Made by a program: the position numbers and the translations under genes. A DNA stretch of 63,415 nt, the filler included, from Sluysia triapertura (Eukaryota): assembly GCA_046118255.1 (NCBI GenBank). It is 4 parts of 4 records of this genome, joined end to end, with 100 filler letters (N's around TTAATTAATTAA, not from the genome) between each part and the next. Parts side by side here need not be neighbours in the genome. Positions count along the whole stretch, not along the records: positions 27,439 to 51,930 come from JBJNIA010190718.1; positions 52,031 to 63,415 come from JBJNIA010185302.1; 2 more parts are not named here. One strand, given 5' to 3'. Shown piece by piece: positions 42,394 through 53,960 of this stretch; position 1 is the stretch's first letter, and every line of letters starts with the position of its first letter. The notes under the pieces were generated by a model. It saw only the letters and a list, made by a program, of their open reading frames with translations, searched no databases and was not told the DNA's origin.

Positions 42394-42408
42394 TTTTATG
42401 AAGTCTTA

Positions 42409-42409
<1 letters not shown>

Positions 42410-42473
<64 letters not shown>
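42410..42473. repeat. (TTA)n microsatellite
   Basis: Perfect run between the tRNA-like head and the LINE fragment. Confidence 0.95.
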
Positions 42474-42474
<1 letters not shown>

Positions 42475-42484
42475 GTGAGAAGCA

Positions 42485-42700
42485 CATTCCTTTGAGATTA
42501 TAAAGTATTATATCATGATCTATGTATCAAAAGTAGCAACATACTGAACAATAGCATTAAAACATATTATAATTGAAACTATTTAAAATATAATTTATTC
42601 TGAAGACATCTGAGTTTATTGAATGATAGACTTTTACAATGCTTGTGAATCTGCTTTTTCAAACAATTTTGATAAAATTATTATACTTTATATGTGTCTA
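42485..42700 (-). mobile_element. L2/CR1-type LINE RT fragment
   Basis: ILSKLFEK and ATFDT/DHDIILYNLK (cf. AFDTVDH.ILL.RL), frameshifted. Confidence 0.5.
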
Positions 42701-42733
42701 TAATTATTTAAAAATAATGGATTACCAAACCTT

Positions 42734-42816
42734 CTGAGCTATCAGCTCCGTCTAACAATTTTATTTTATTATAGTCAATATTACCATCGCGGCACTTTAG
42801 GCCTTTTATCCCAACA
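42734..42816 (-). repeat. Inverted second copy of the tRNA-headed repeat's 5' part
   Basis: Reverse complement tgttgggata...gtgcc...ttgactataata...ttgttagacggagctgatagctcag aligns to 42254-42335. Confidence 0.75.
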
Positions 42817-43799
42817 ACATGTTGTCTATTGTTCATTTGGAACCCCGGCAGGTACAAATGTGTGCTCATAATTTTAATAGAATTAAAAGGCTTTAAGTCT
42901 GATGTAAAGATTTTGAAAATGATAAAAGACCCCAGTCTATTTTAAATTTTACAAATGAAATAAAAAGCCTAAAGCTTACTTTAAAGTCAATAACAGCTCT
43001 TAAGTGCCACATATTCAACTTTATAAGATTCTCTCGTACTTTTTGTCGGCATTAATTTTGACTTTAAAATTATCACTGTTTTCTTATTATTAAATATTAT
43101 TCTTATTTATTAAGCATTATTTTTATTTATACGTATTATGTTTCTTTCTCAGAAAAGAAGGTTGGTATTCATCGTTATATGTATCGTGCGTTTTTAGAAT
43201 TTGCCTGTAAATATTAAGAAAATAATTCAAATAACACAAATAATAATTCTAGTTTTTTACCTTTGAATGTGGAATTATTTAAGACATGATTTATCGATAA
43301 TGCAGACTCAAAATTGTCTGATCATAGTAATAATGATAATAGTAAACTATCTTCTATCGTAGTGAATAAATTACCACAATCTTCTCCACATCACCGCATT
43401 CGACCATACAAAACAATTGCGCATTGCAAACATAATAACCTAGCAAGAATCATTGCATTATCTGAATAAACACAATTTTCTATGGGCACAGAGTCAGCTT
43501 CTAATTTATTTCCCAACAATAATATCTTCGACAAAACTAAATCTGTATCAGTATAAGCAGGACAACAACCACAACATTCATCATTATAGCAAAGTGCAAG
43601 TATTTCTGGATAAAGCAGCTTTCTAACTAGTTCTAGGAATGAAGCTGTATGAAAAACATGACTTAAAGAATGCAAATTCCACTAGTTAGTGATGCTTGTT
43701 TACTTCGTACATAAAGGTAAAGAATGAAAGTTATGTATGATCAAGCGCAACATTTAATATACAATAGCAATCAAAGGATATTATTACATAGTACATAAT

Positions 43800-44032
43800 A
43801 TGTATCATAGACCTTCACGAAAGAAAATAGTATTTTTGAAAGAATCGCCAAAGTTCTGTTCATCAGATCACAAAATCGTTTATTTAGGTCTCTTTAATCA
43901 TGATTCATGTTCCTGGCATTTCTGTAATCGTGGACATCTCATTTACGAAATGATAGTAGAAGAAAACTACTATTGTAAAATTTTCTGATGTTATGCAGAA
44001 GAAAACTCGAAAAGTATTATAAAATGTGCTAG
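43800..44032 (+). pseudogene. Decayed Wnt ligand C-terminal region
   Basis: RPSRKKIVFLKESPKFCSSDHKIVYLG...DSCSWHFCNRGHLIYEMIVEENYYCKIF*CY...CRRKLEKYY.C matches Wnt P..DLVYL..SP.FC..D....LG / .C..LCC.RG......V.E.C.CKF.WCC. The conserved Trp codon is TGA, several Cys are Tyr, and there are deletions. Confidence 0.78.
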
Positions 44033-47000
44033 TTTGTCAAGTACACATTAAGCCTACAACTATTAGGACTTATACCACTACCATAATTACTCTAGTTCGC
44101 ATTAAACCACATACTTCGAAAACCATTTCACTATATTATTGAATTGTAAAGTAAAATTATGCAAAAAGAAACATTTTAATATTATGTCTTTATATTTTTA
44201 TTACTTATTTGATTATCAAAATTTCATCAAAGATCTATTTTATGTTGAATTTAATCACCTTTGTACTTATGATATACAATCATTATTATAATAATTAATA
44301 TTTTATTATTATTTTTCATTGTTATTTTCAAAATTGTTTTTTGTTTACATTATGTTACAAAAATAAAAATTGTAAATGTGATGCTTAAAATTAGATTCAA
44401 TTTTAAATAAGTTAAAAGAGAAAACCGTTTAATGATATTTTAGGATGTAGTAAGGTTAGTTGCGATAAAGAGAGAATCTGTAGAAGTTCTGCCGGTTTTT
44501 GGAGCAGGAAAATCATGGGATATGAAGTTAAGGAATAAACAAAGTCGCATTGTTGCAATGCGTGATTCTGTAAGTATTAAAGAAGTGTTGATTTTGGCCG
44601 GTTTCCATTTCAATATATCGTTACGTAATTTATGACGATTTATTAGTGACAACAATGTTGGACAGTATTGAGTTGCGGTGAATTTAGAAAATCTACTAAC
44701 GCAAGCTATTCTGTACGCAACGGTAGCAGGTTGGCCGCTGAAGTTTTGGATGGAAAATTTATTGAATTTTAATTTGGCGTTTTATTATGTGTTTTTTATT
44801 TGGGTTGGTCATCTCCTCCGAGGTAATTAGTACACCTTAAAAGTTTAACATAAGTTATGTATCATCTAAATTTGGTTTAAAATTAAATTGAAAGTAAACA
44901 GCTTATATAATCGGTGGTGAGTCTAAAATCCAAATTTTCTTTAATAACTTGATTACTAATAAAACATCTTCGACATAAACTTTAATAATATTTTAATTTT
45001 AAGTTTTATTTTATAATCATGAATTAAAAGAAAATGCAAGACATTTATAAATACACTTTGACAATACCATCGACCTATTGCACAAAATCAGCTTTGTGTG
45101 TAAATTTAGACTAAATGATTGTGCAATATGTACAGATAATTTATCAATTTAATTATGGAACGTTGATATTACCACATTCGCAATATCAAATGAAAAACTA
45201 TTATTCAGCCTGCTAAGATATTATGAGGACTAATTAAAATAATAATAAAATTGATAATTAGATCGATTTTCTGACTATGTAAATAACATCGTACATAATT
45301 TTTATCTACGATTTTTTCTTTTACATAATTTTATGAACAACAAAGCCTTAAAAATAAAACATTTATAAATAATCTACCATACAACAATAATAAATGGATC
45401 TTAAAATGTTAAATTATGAATTTGAAATATTTTACATGCATGTCATGGATGAATAAGTAAAATATAAAAAAACTATATATTATTATTTTTATCATTTTAT
45501 CAGTATTATTACTGGTCTCGATATGAATAAAAATTTAACATTGTGACTGACATTTGGACTGCGTTTAGACTTCTAAAACGTTTAGAATCGAATTACGAAG
45601 TTACTGGTTTTGATATTGCACAATTCAAGTACTTAATGAAAGATTGAATTACCATGTTAAACGATATTGAAAATTATCAAATTTTAGTTGAAGCGTATGA
45701 TAGAATGGAACTGAGGGAACGTAAACGTCAAGTGTATCGTACATTCAACTAAATAGTCTAAACAATTTGATTGCCAATCTCTAATTGATACCAATATGAA
45801 AACTAAGCCAATGCGTCAAATGAAAATTATTGAAATGAATTTTATGAATTTTAGTTACAATTTTAGTGAAATAAATCAAGAAGCTATTGATAATCGAAAG
45901 CTAAAAGCTTTAGAGAACTTTTGCGATAATAACAAAAAAATACTAGAATTAATCTATGAAGCTATCTAGTGTCACACAACTTTCAAAGATGTCACAGATC
46001 AAAAAGTCTCACGTGAATAACAAATTTTGCCGAATATAGTTTCAACGCTGTTTGTACGTGTATAATGTTGTAGCTCATTATTAACTTATAATTTTACCAT
46101 TCACAATTCACTAAAATATTTACAATATCCAAGAACTTAATAGGCCACAATTATATATTGCTTTTACCGTATATATATCGTGCCATACAATACAAATATT
46201 ATCCTCATAAACGAGTTGGTATTTGAAAAATTTTTAGTCAGTTCTTCTTGGATTTCAGCAAAGATTATGGAATTCAAATCCTAGCAAAATTTATGAATGT
46301 AGTAATGGATCTTGTGATTATAGAAGTAAAAAGAAAAATCGTAATTGTGATTATAATAGTCGTATGACAATAAAAGACAGTTTTGCAGTATTTCAATCTT
46401 GTATTCACCTGATTCTTTTACCTTGGCATTAATTCAATACAAACCTAAACATATGGACAATTATTTTATTATTCATTATGTAGATTTTGACAATAGATAT
46501 TATGAAGATATAAGCACTTATAAAAACCACGTTTATGATTTAGTATTTTATGTAAAATACAATGAAGATTATATACATTATATTAAGTTTAAAAATGCTT
46601 TGAAACTTTATCTAGGAAAAATTTAAAAACAATTTTTCGAGTGGCTATTAGAGTTAATGCGATTCAAGATTTGAGATAAGTCGCAGAAATGACACGATTG
46701 GAATTGTCTTATAAAAAGGTAGATTGTGTAAGAATTGTATACAATTTCAATGAGACAAATTGAAAATACATTGTATATGTTTTCGTTAAATCAATAAAGT
46801 TAAAACTTAGTATGTCATTTTATGCAAGTTTATTCAAAACCTCTTAACATTTACGTAAATCTATCAAATGCAGTAAAATCCGAATATCATTCTTGAAATA
46901 TCACATGCGAAATTTAACGAAAATTCTGATAAAGTTCTGATCAACTTATTGGTCAAATCATAGTTGAAAATTAATTAAAAGATTAAGAAACTAATCAACG

Positions 47001-48542
47001 TTTAATGTACATTGTTGCACAACTTCTGATGAGTAATGATCAGGTTCACTTTAATTGTTACTACATATCTCAAAGTAAAGTACAAGATTTGTATTTGTAC
47101 AAAAATACAAAATTTTCAGGTTGTGTAGTTTCATATATTTTGCTGCTAGGACGTTTTGAATTTGGCAACTGTAACGAATTTAGATCTCTAGTTATTTATT
47201 ATCTCAATGTATTTTTATTCACATATGATACCAAATCTTCTGTTATAGGAACAAACAATAGAAGACCCAACGTGTTAGTGTGTGTTATTCATTTTATCAT
47301 TTTTATATAGTTAAAATATATTGTAAAACTCATTTTGTGTTTATAAATCTTTGTTTTTATCTTAAAATGCAGCATCTGACAGTTTTTTTGTAACTTTAAA
47401 CTCAAAATTTTTAAATCATTGAAAAAGCTCTTAACTAAGGCCATAGGAATTGAAAGAAACTCCAAAGAAAATCCAATGTAATTAAAAATCCATATTATTT
47501 CTTCTAGATTGAAGTTATGTTGGAAAATTTGATGCAAAATGTATTTTATTTAAAAATATAAGACGAAAATGAAATTGGGATATTAAATTGATTTAAAACA
47601 AAGTTTTATTGATAAAGTAACTCATTTTTTAAATAATTGCTAAGACGCATATGTGTATTGCCCGTCTCGAAAGGGTTAAAAAATAATCTGTTGGTCAATT
47701 AAACCCTTCCAAAACTATCCCGATACGTTCACGGGCTGTCGCTGTTCAATTAAAATGTCTATCCCATTAGGTTCACAGGCTTCCAATGTTGATCAACAAT
47801 AATTATCACGATACACCCACGCGTGTCATGTTATGTATACGTCTTTTGTTTATAAGTAATTATTTTATAAAAAATTGTTTCTATTATCCAATTATAAGTT
47901 AATAAATTAAAATATGTAAAAATAGGTACACATGGATTAATATGATAGCATTTAATTTTTAAGAATCAATTAAAGCATAAAGTTATTAAAGTCAATTAAC
48001 TCAAAAAATTGTTACAATTTTTTTGAATTCATTTTATTTTTAGGAAAACGAAAATACAAAAGTATAATGAAAACTTAAGTTATAAAAATTTTTAGCATTA
48101 TATGTATCATAATATTTTAGTTTTTAATAACATCGTGAAAATTAATTTTGTAAAAATATAATTTAAAATTATAAAAACATCTTAATAATCTTAATTATAA
48201 ATAAAATAAATCTAAAATATCTTAGTAATTGTGAAACAGTATCTCAGTAAATGTAAACATCTTAAAATACCTGAAATCGAAAATTGAAAAAAAAGAATGG
48301 AGACGCAGCACATTTAATTAGCAAGCCGAAAAGGTTGCAGTATCACTCTGATTTTATGAAAATATAATGAAAACGAAGAAATAAATATTAACATAAATTA
48401 TTAAATGAATGGATATGAAAGTGTAAATGGCCAAACAAATATTAAAACAGTGAAGACATTTAAAATTTAACATTTTTAAATATGATATTTAAATGCATTT
48501 AAAATTTGTCTATTATTCTAGCCTGAATATATAAATTCTAAC

Positions 48543-51030
48543 CTGAATGCTTATGTGTTTCTTTTACTCGATAATGATAAGGATTGATAGCATAAGATGG
48601 CACAGAACAATTAGATACTATTATTCCAGACCGTGTAATAACAGGTAAAGAATTAACCCATTTTTCGGATACTGTTTGTCTAATATGATCTACTAAATAT
48701 AAAATAATCTGATCTTTCGAAATGCCAAGCTTGAAAGGTAACTTTAAAGTCAATGTTACGTTATTTAACTCCATACCATTATTCTTTATCGAATACTTGA
48801 ATAAAACTTCAGTACCTAACTCATGTATTTGAACTGCTGAGTTATCCCTCAATATAGGTGGTTTTGGACGTCTATCTAAGATTGTGTCACGTAATTCTTT
48901 TACTGATATTATCAAATCTGGTTTAATCTTCACAATAAAATTCACGAATTGTGAATTATCAGTTAAATTCTTCTCTTCATTATTACTCGATATTTCGAAT
49001 ATTACAAATTCATTTTGGGGAACTGATTCTGTTTTAGGTGGATTATAACGAACATTTACAACAATATGATAAATTTTTTTGGTTTTGTAAGGATCTAACT
49101 CAGATATGGGTTCTAATTCTTCTTTTAAAAGTATGGACTGATTCTTAGATTTATCAAAATAGTGTAAACAATGTTTTCCACAATTTACAGAATCTATTTG
49201 AATATTTTCAGATAATTTCATAGATATAAAAGTTCTTTTAACTACATCTGGGCCATTGTTATAAATCATTAATTTCAACTTCCGATTATAACTTTGAAAA
49301 TCACCGTAACTTATTACTAGATCTTGTTCATCATAATTAACCGTCAATTTCATTTCACTTATACATGTACGATCAAAACATTGGTTTTGTAAAATTGAGA
49401 CTGTATCACTAGGCATGTTGCACACAATTTCTTTGCGATTTGATTTGTAACAAGTATCTGGATCTGTAATTTTACATTTTCGAATTAGACGGGTTTTTAT
49501 TTTGAATGGAGTATATTTGAAATTCATATCATACATGTTTTGTAAAACATTTAATTCAATACGAAAATTTCCTGAACGTGTTTCAATTTTGTTAAATGTA
49601 AAACGTTTAGGTTCTTTTTCGTACATGTAATCGACAGAAACTTGTAATTCATAATTATTAATATCAAAAATTTTCATTAGTTTTAAGAGTAATACTAATT
49701 TATCATTCGATACAGATTCTTTCTCTAATTTACAAATTATTATTTCCGTGGTTGGTAACATAAAAAGATGCGGCATTACTGCATTTAATGAAGTGACAAA
49801 AAAATCAATGTGGCCATTAATATCTAAATCAAAACCTCGTGATACCCCAATTCCAAAACCCCATTTAGTCAAAATATTATTTTTAATTCGTGGAAATACT
49901 TGTATAGGTTTTGGATTTATACGACAATCTTTTGTAACTGTGAAAACAAAAATTCTGCCAACATCTGAACTCTCTGATAATAATAATGGTGCCGATACAA
50001 CAAATTCATCATTTCCATCATTATTGATATCACCTAATTTTGCAACTGACCAACCAAAATAATGATAATCTCGTTTAATTTCTATTTTAACATCATCGCC
50101 ACTAAGTTTAAATGCAGGATAACCTTCACAAGCTAAAAAGACAGCACCAATATTTGGCCTTGAGTTGCTAACCATATAAGGTGCTCCAATAATTATACCA
50201 TTTACATTACTTACTTTCAAAATATCCAATGTAGTTCCAAAACCTCCATAAGCACTTGAATTAGTACTTTCCAAAATATTCATTTTTACATGATTTCGTG
50301 AAACAAAAGCATATTTGCTACCAGTAATAGGACTTGAAACAATTATGTTATTATCATCACCATATGCAACACTGTACCCATAATGAAAATCATTAGATTG
50401 ATATGGTGATCTAGTTTCAACTTGTAATGACGGATTAAAACTTAAAATAACAGTTGTATTGTAAAATGGTCCTCCAACTATTAACTTTAATCTATTACCA
50501 ACCTCTTTCATGTCGAGAGAAAAGCCACCATTACAAGATTTTAAACAAACTTGTTCATCACGTAATTTACCTTGCGGTTCTGATAGAATTTTAAGAAAAC
50601 ATTTAGAAAATTTAGTGTCACAAAATGCGCCGACGGCTTTATCTTGAAAAAGACTAGTACGAACTGATTCTCCTAGGTAACTGTAAGAATTGTTTTTGAT
50701 AATACTACACATTAAATTAAGGTCTATTTTACCTTCATTTTTACAAAAAATTATATATCCCTTTTGATTTCTATAAACGGCATTTATATCATTTACTGTA
50801 TTTGGAATTTTAGCCCCAAATAATACATACGATGTACTGTCTAAAGAAGTACCGGAAACAGATAGCCAATCCATAGAATTAGTTTGGCCATAATTAAAAT
50901 TATCAATTTGATAATAATCAAACAGTTCTTCGAAAGAATCTGAATTTCGTAAATCTGGTTTCCAAACTAATGATGAATATAAAGAAAATTGATATTGAAT
51001 GAATAAAATAGTAATATAAAAAGGAAACAT
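48543..51030 (-). CDS. Integrin alpha subunit B, giant first exon (paralogue of A)
   Basis: Likely start MFPFYITILF at 51030; FG-GAP repeats, DINNDGNDE, DLDINGHID, and CRINP.PIQVFPR shared with A. Phase-1 donor G|gttaga at 48543. Confidence 0.92.
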
Positions 51031-51853
51031 TATAAATACAAAGATTTCAACGGAGGGAATTCGAAAAATTGTAAAAACAAATGCAATTACTGCATTCTGA
51101 TTGGTTTTTATTATTGTAAATATTACTAATTCTGACTCATTCAATTTGTACAATATTATTCACTTTTGATTGGTGAAAATTATGCATCATATTCTTAAAA
51201 TCAATAAATGAATGATTCAATAAAAATTTAGTTAATTAATTTTGAACCATAAATAAACATAAATGTATTTATAATAATAATGAATAGATTTATAATTATA
51301 AATTATAAAAATCCTATAATTTATATGATTTAATATGATTTGTATTTCTGAATTAATGTAATACATTTTAATGTGCCAAATTGAGTACGCATTTTAATCA
51401 ATATTTAGCTAATAATTGTGAATTAATGATATTCTATCTTAATTTAAATAAATTTATTTATATTTACACTTACAAGAAAGATGAAGAAGTTATTGTATTT
51501 ATGTGTTCAGGAATATTTAGAAAATCAGTATGAGATCTAACGAAAATGTAATAAAAATAGTTTATCTTTTAATATTTAATTAGAATTACTTAAATTGTAA
51601 TTAAGAGGCTGTATCTGTTGCTATTTGGGGGTGCTGTGGTTTTATATCCTAACTTACTTCCAGCATCAAAATAGATTTATAGAGTCCGTCTACAATATAC
51701 AGCTTACGAATGGTGTAGTTGTAGATACGCGAGCTAATATATCTGTAACATAATATTCATTAAAATTATTTAAATTATCATTTACTAGTAAAATTATTTA
51801 TTAAAAATTATCCATAAAATACTATAATATTACTAAAATTATTAACCCAAAAT

Positions 51854-51860
<7 letters not shown>

Positions 51861-51930
<70 letters not shown>
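51861..51930. repeat. (TTA)n microsatellite ending a contig
   Basis: Perfect run into the spacer. Confidence 0.95.
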
Positions 51931-52030
51931 NNNNNNNNNNNNNNNNNNNNNNNNNNNNNNNNNNNNNNNNNNNNTTAATTAATTAANNNNNNNNNNNNNN
52001 NNNNNNNNNNNNNNNNNNNNNNNNNNNNNN
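51931..52030. other. Artificial contig spacer
   Basis: Identical 100-nt N/TTAATTAATTAA linker. Confidence 0.97.
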
Positions 52031-53439
52031 GTAGGATCTTGCATAGCAGTTGTGTAAGAGAAAAAATCGCCATTGACGCCATATGGCGGTCCCGGGGCTG
52101 AAAGGGTAAAATGAATTAATACCAAATCGTATGTCCAAGTGAAAAAAAAGAAATTACTTAAATTACTACAAAGTTAAGGTTTAAAAAAGACTTTAATAAA
52201 ATTAAATTAAAACTAATAGAATTAAATTAAAACTAATTTTACGAATTACAAAATATTAAAATAATTAATTGTTTTGACGAAAATGAGATAATCAGGCCAC
52301 AAAAAATAATCTAATCATTATTGATGTCTTATACCAAGAAGCTAATAATCATTATGATTTATTTAGTAAAATAGTTAGATATAAGAAAATGAATGAAATT
52401 TTTTACAGTTAAAATCTGTCTTGTCAAAAATGTAATGATTATACATTAATTGTACATTATTAATTAATAATTGAAAATCGTAGAAACCGAACTGTGATAT
52501 ATTATTTTCTAATCTATACTTTTTGTGATGTAACTTAAGCATTATATGGATATTTGTTTTTAGATTTTGCACAAGTATGTCTTCGTGATATTGTTAATTC
52601 AAAAAAATTCATACGTTATGAATAATGCATTAAATATAATTAATTTATTGTGAGTTGCACTTAAACTTAATAAACTGGAATTTAGTAAAAAAATTTCTCA
52701 GCAGAAATCATTTAATCAAATTTGATTTCTCTTCCCACTTCGATGAGAAAAGATTTATAAAGATTAACTAATAAAATCTGATTTAAAATTATGTTTTCAA
52801 AATTGTGCGTTGTTTAATGAATTTTGCAACTATTTATAGTCGATTTAACTGGCCTTGGCCAGATTAAAACAAATTATTTATTTTATTTATTAAAACTAAA
52901 TTAATTTTAAAAATAATTAAATTTATATTTGATTAATAATTTAAAATTTGATATAATCATTTACGTTAGTTTATAATTTTACTCCAATTTGAAAATAATT
53001 CAATTAATTAAAATATCGATATAAGTAAAAGTCCAAAAATTGCAAAAAATAAAATTAAAAATCAATAAATTATTAATATAAAAAACAATATTAATCAATC
53101 ATAAAGTCATAAAGGTCATCGTATATTTACAGATATATAAACAAGAATAACTAAAATAAATGTTAATGAATTTAAAAAGAAACATACATCATGCAAATCT
53201 ATAAATCCACTTATGCAAAAAAAGTAATAAAGCAAATACTTTTTTATCGGTGTAATACTTCATATGTATCTTAAATTTCTGAAGGATTACTTGGTGCTTT
53301 AGGAAAATATTTACAAAGTAATGATATACATAGATTCAGTATTACGTAAATTACAAATACTACTTTTAGTATAAAATCATATTGTAGTCCTAGATCAAAG
53401 AGACAGAATCCATGAAAATACAATTCGATGGTTAACTGA

Positions 53440-53960
53440 GAAAATCAATGAACGAAAATAGAACCAAATGAATTTCGCAAGTTGATTTAATAAAAATGAT
53501 TCCTTATTTAAAAGTTAGTAATGGCTACAAATATATTTTAAATTGTATTGACCCGCACCGCATAAATCAAAGAATGGTAAATGTATAACGAAACTTATGC
53601 ATCTAAGTAAATAGTATTACAATAAAGATGTAGAACATTCTAGAAAATGGGTATTATAGAAAACATTTATTCAATAATTTAGTCGCACTTTAAGATGTTA
53701 ATTAAATATATTACAAAACAAAATAATAACAATGATTAATATATTTTTCTAATGTAAATGATACATACGATCATATCGAACAATTAAGCCTTAACAGATT
53801 TAAAACTACAGATATTAGTTCCAGTAATTTTATGTAAATTTAAATCCGAATAAATCCAAACACAAATGAATATCTAGAATTCCAACCAATCATTTCATAT
53901 GAAATTTTGAAATTTGTACAAAACAAAAACCATAAATCGTACAAGGAAAATTGTTTAATC
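53440..53960 (+). mobile_element. Decayed Maverick/Polinton RVE integrase
   Basis: QVDLIKMIPYLKVSNGYKYILNCID (53478-53552) is the Polinton integrase motif WQADLVEM..Y...N.GYKY.L..ID, followed by KSKNGKCIT, YYNK, RTL and RTIK remnants. Confidence 0.78.

Noticed and set aside
43391-43675. 94-aa Cys-rich minus-strand ORF
   Set aside because: Antisense to the decayed Wnt-associated coding frame.
43986-43988. TGA read as Trp (alternative genetic code) in the Wnt fragment
   Set aside because: Other lesions accompany it, intact genes here use TGG for Trp, and TGA ends the U-box and CEP70 exons.
48210-48270. Strong acceptor-like site as exon 2 of integrin B
   Set aside because: Phase-1 reading gives GILRCLHLLRYCFTITKIF*, with no calf-2 similarity. 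A short secreted-form tail cannot be fully excluded.
51031-51153. N-terminal extension of the 871-aa ORF
   Set aside because: Starts at a TTG. The ATG at 51030 gives a normal signal peptide aligned with paralogue A.
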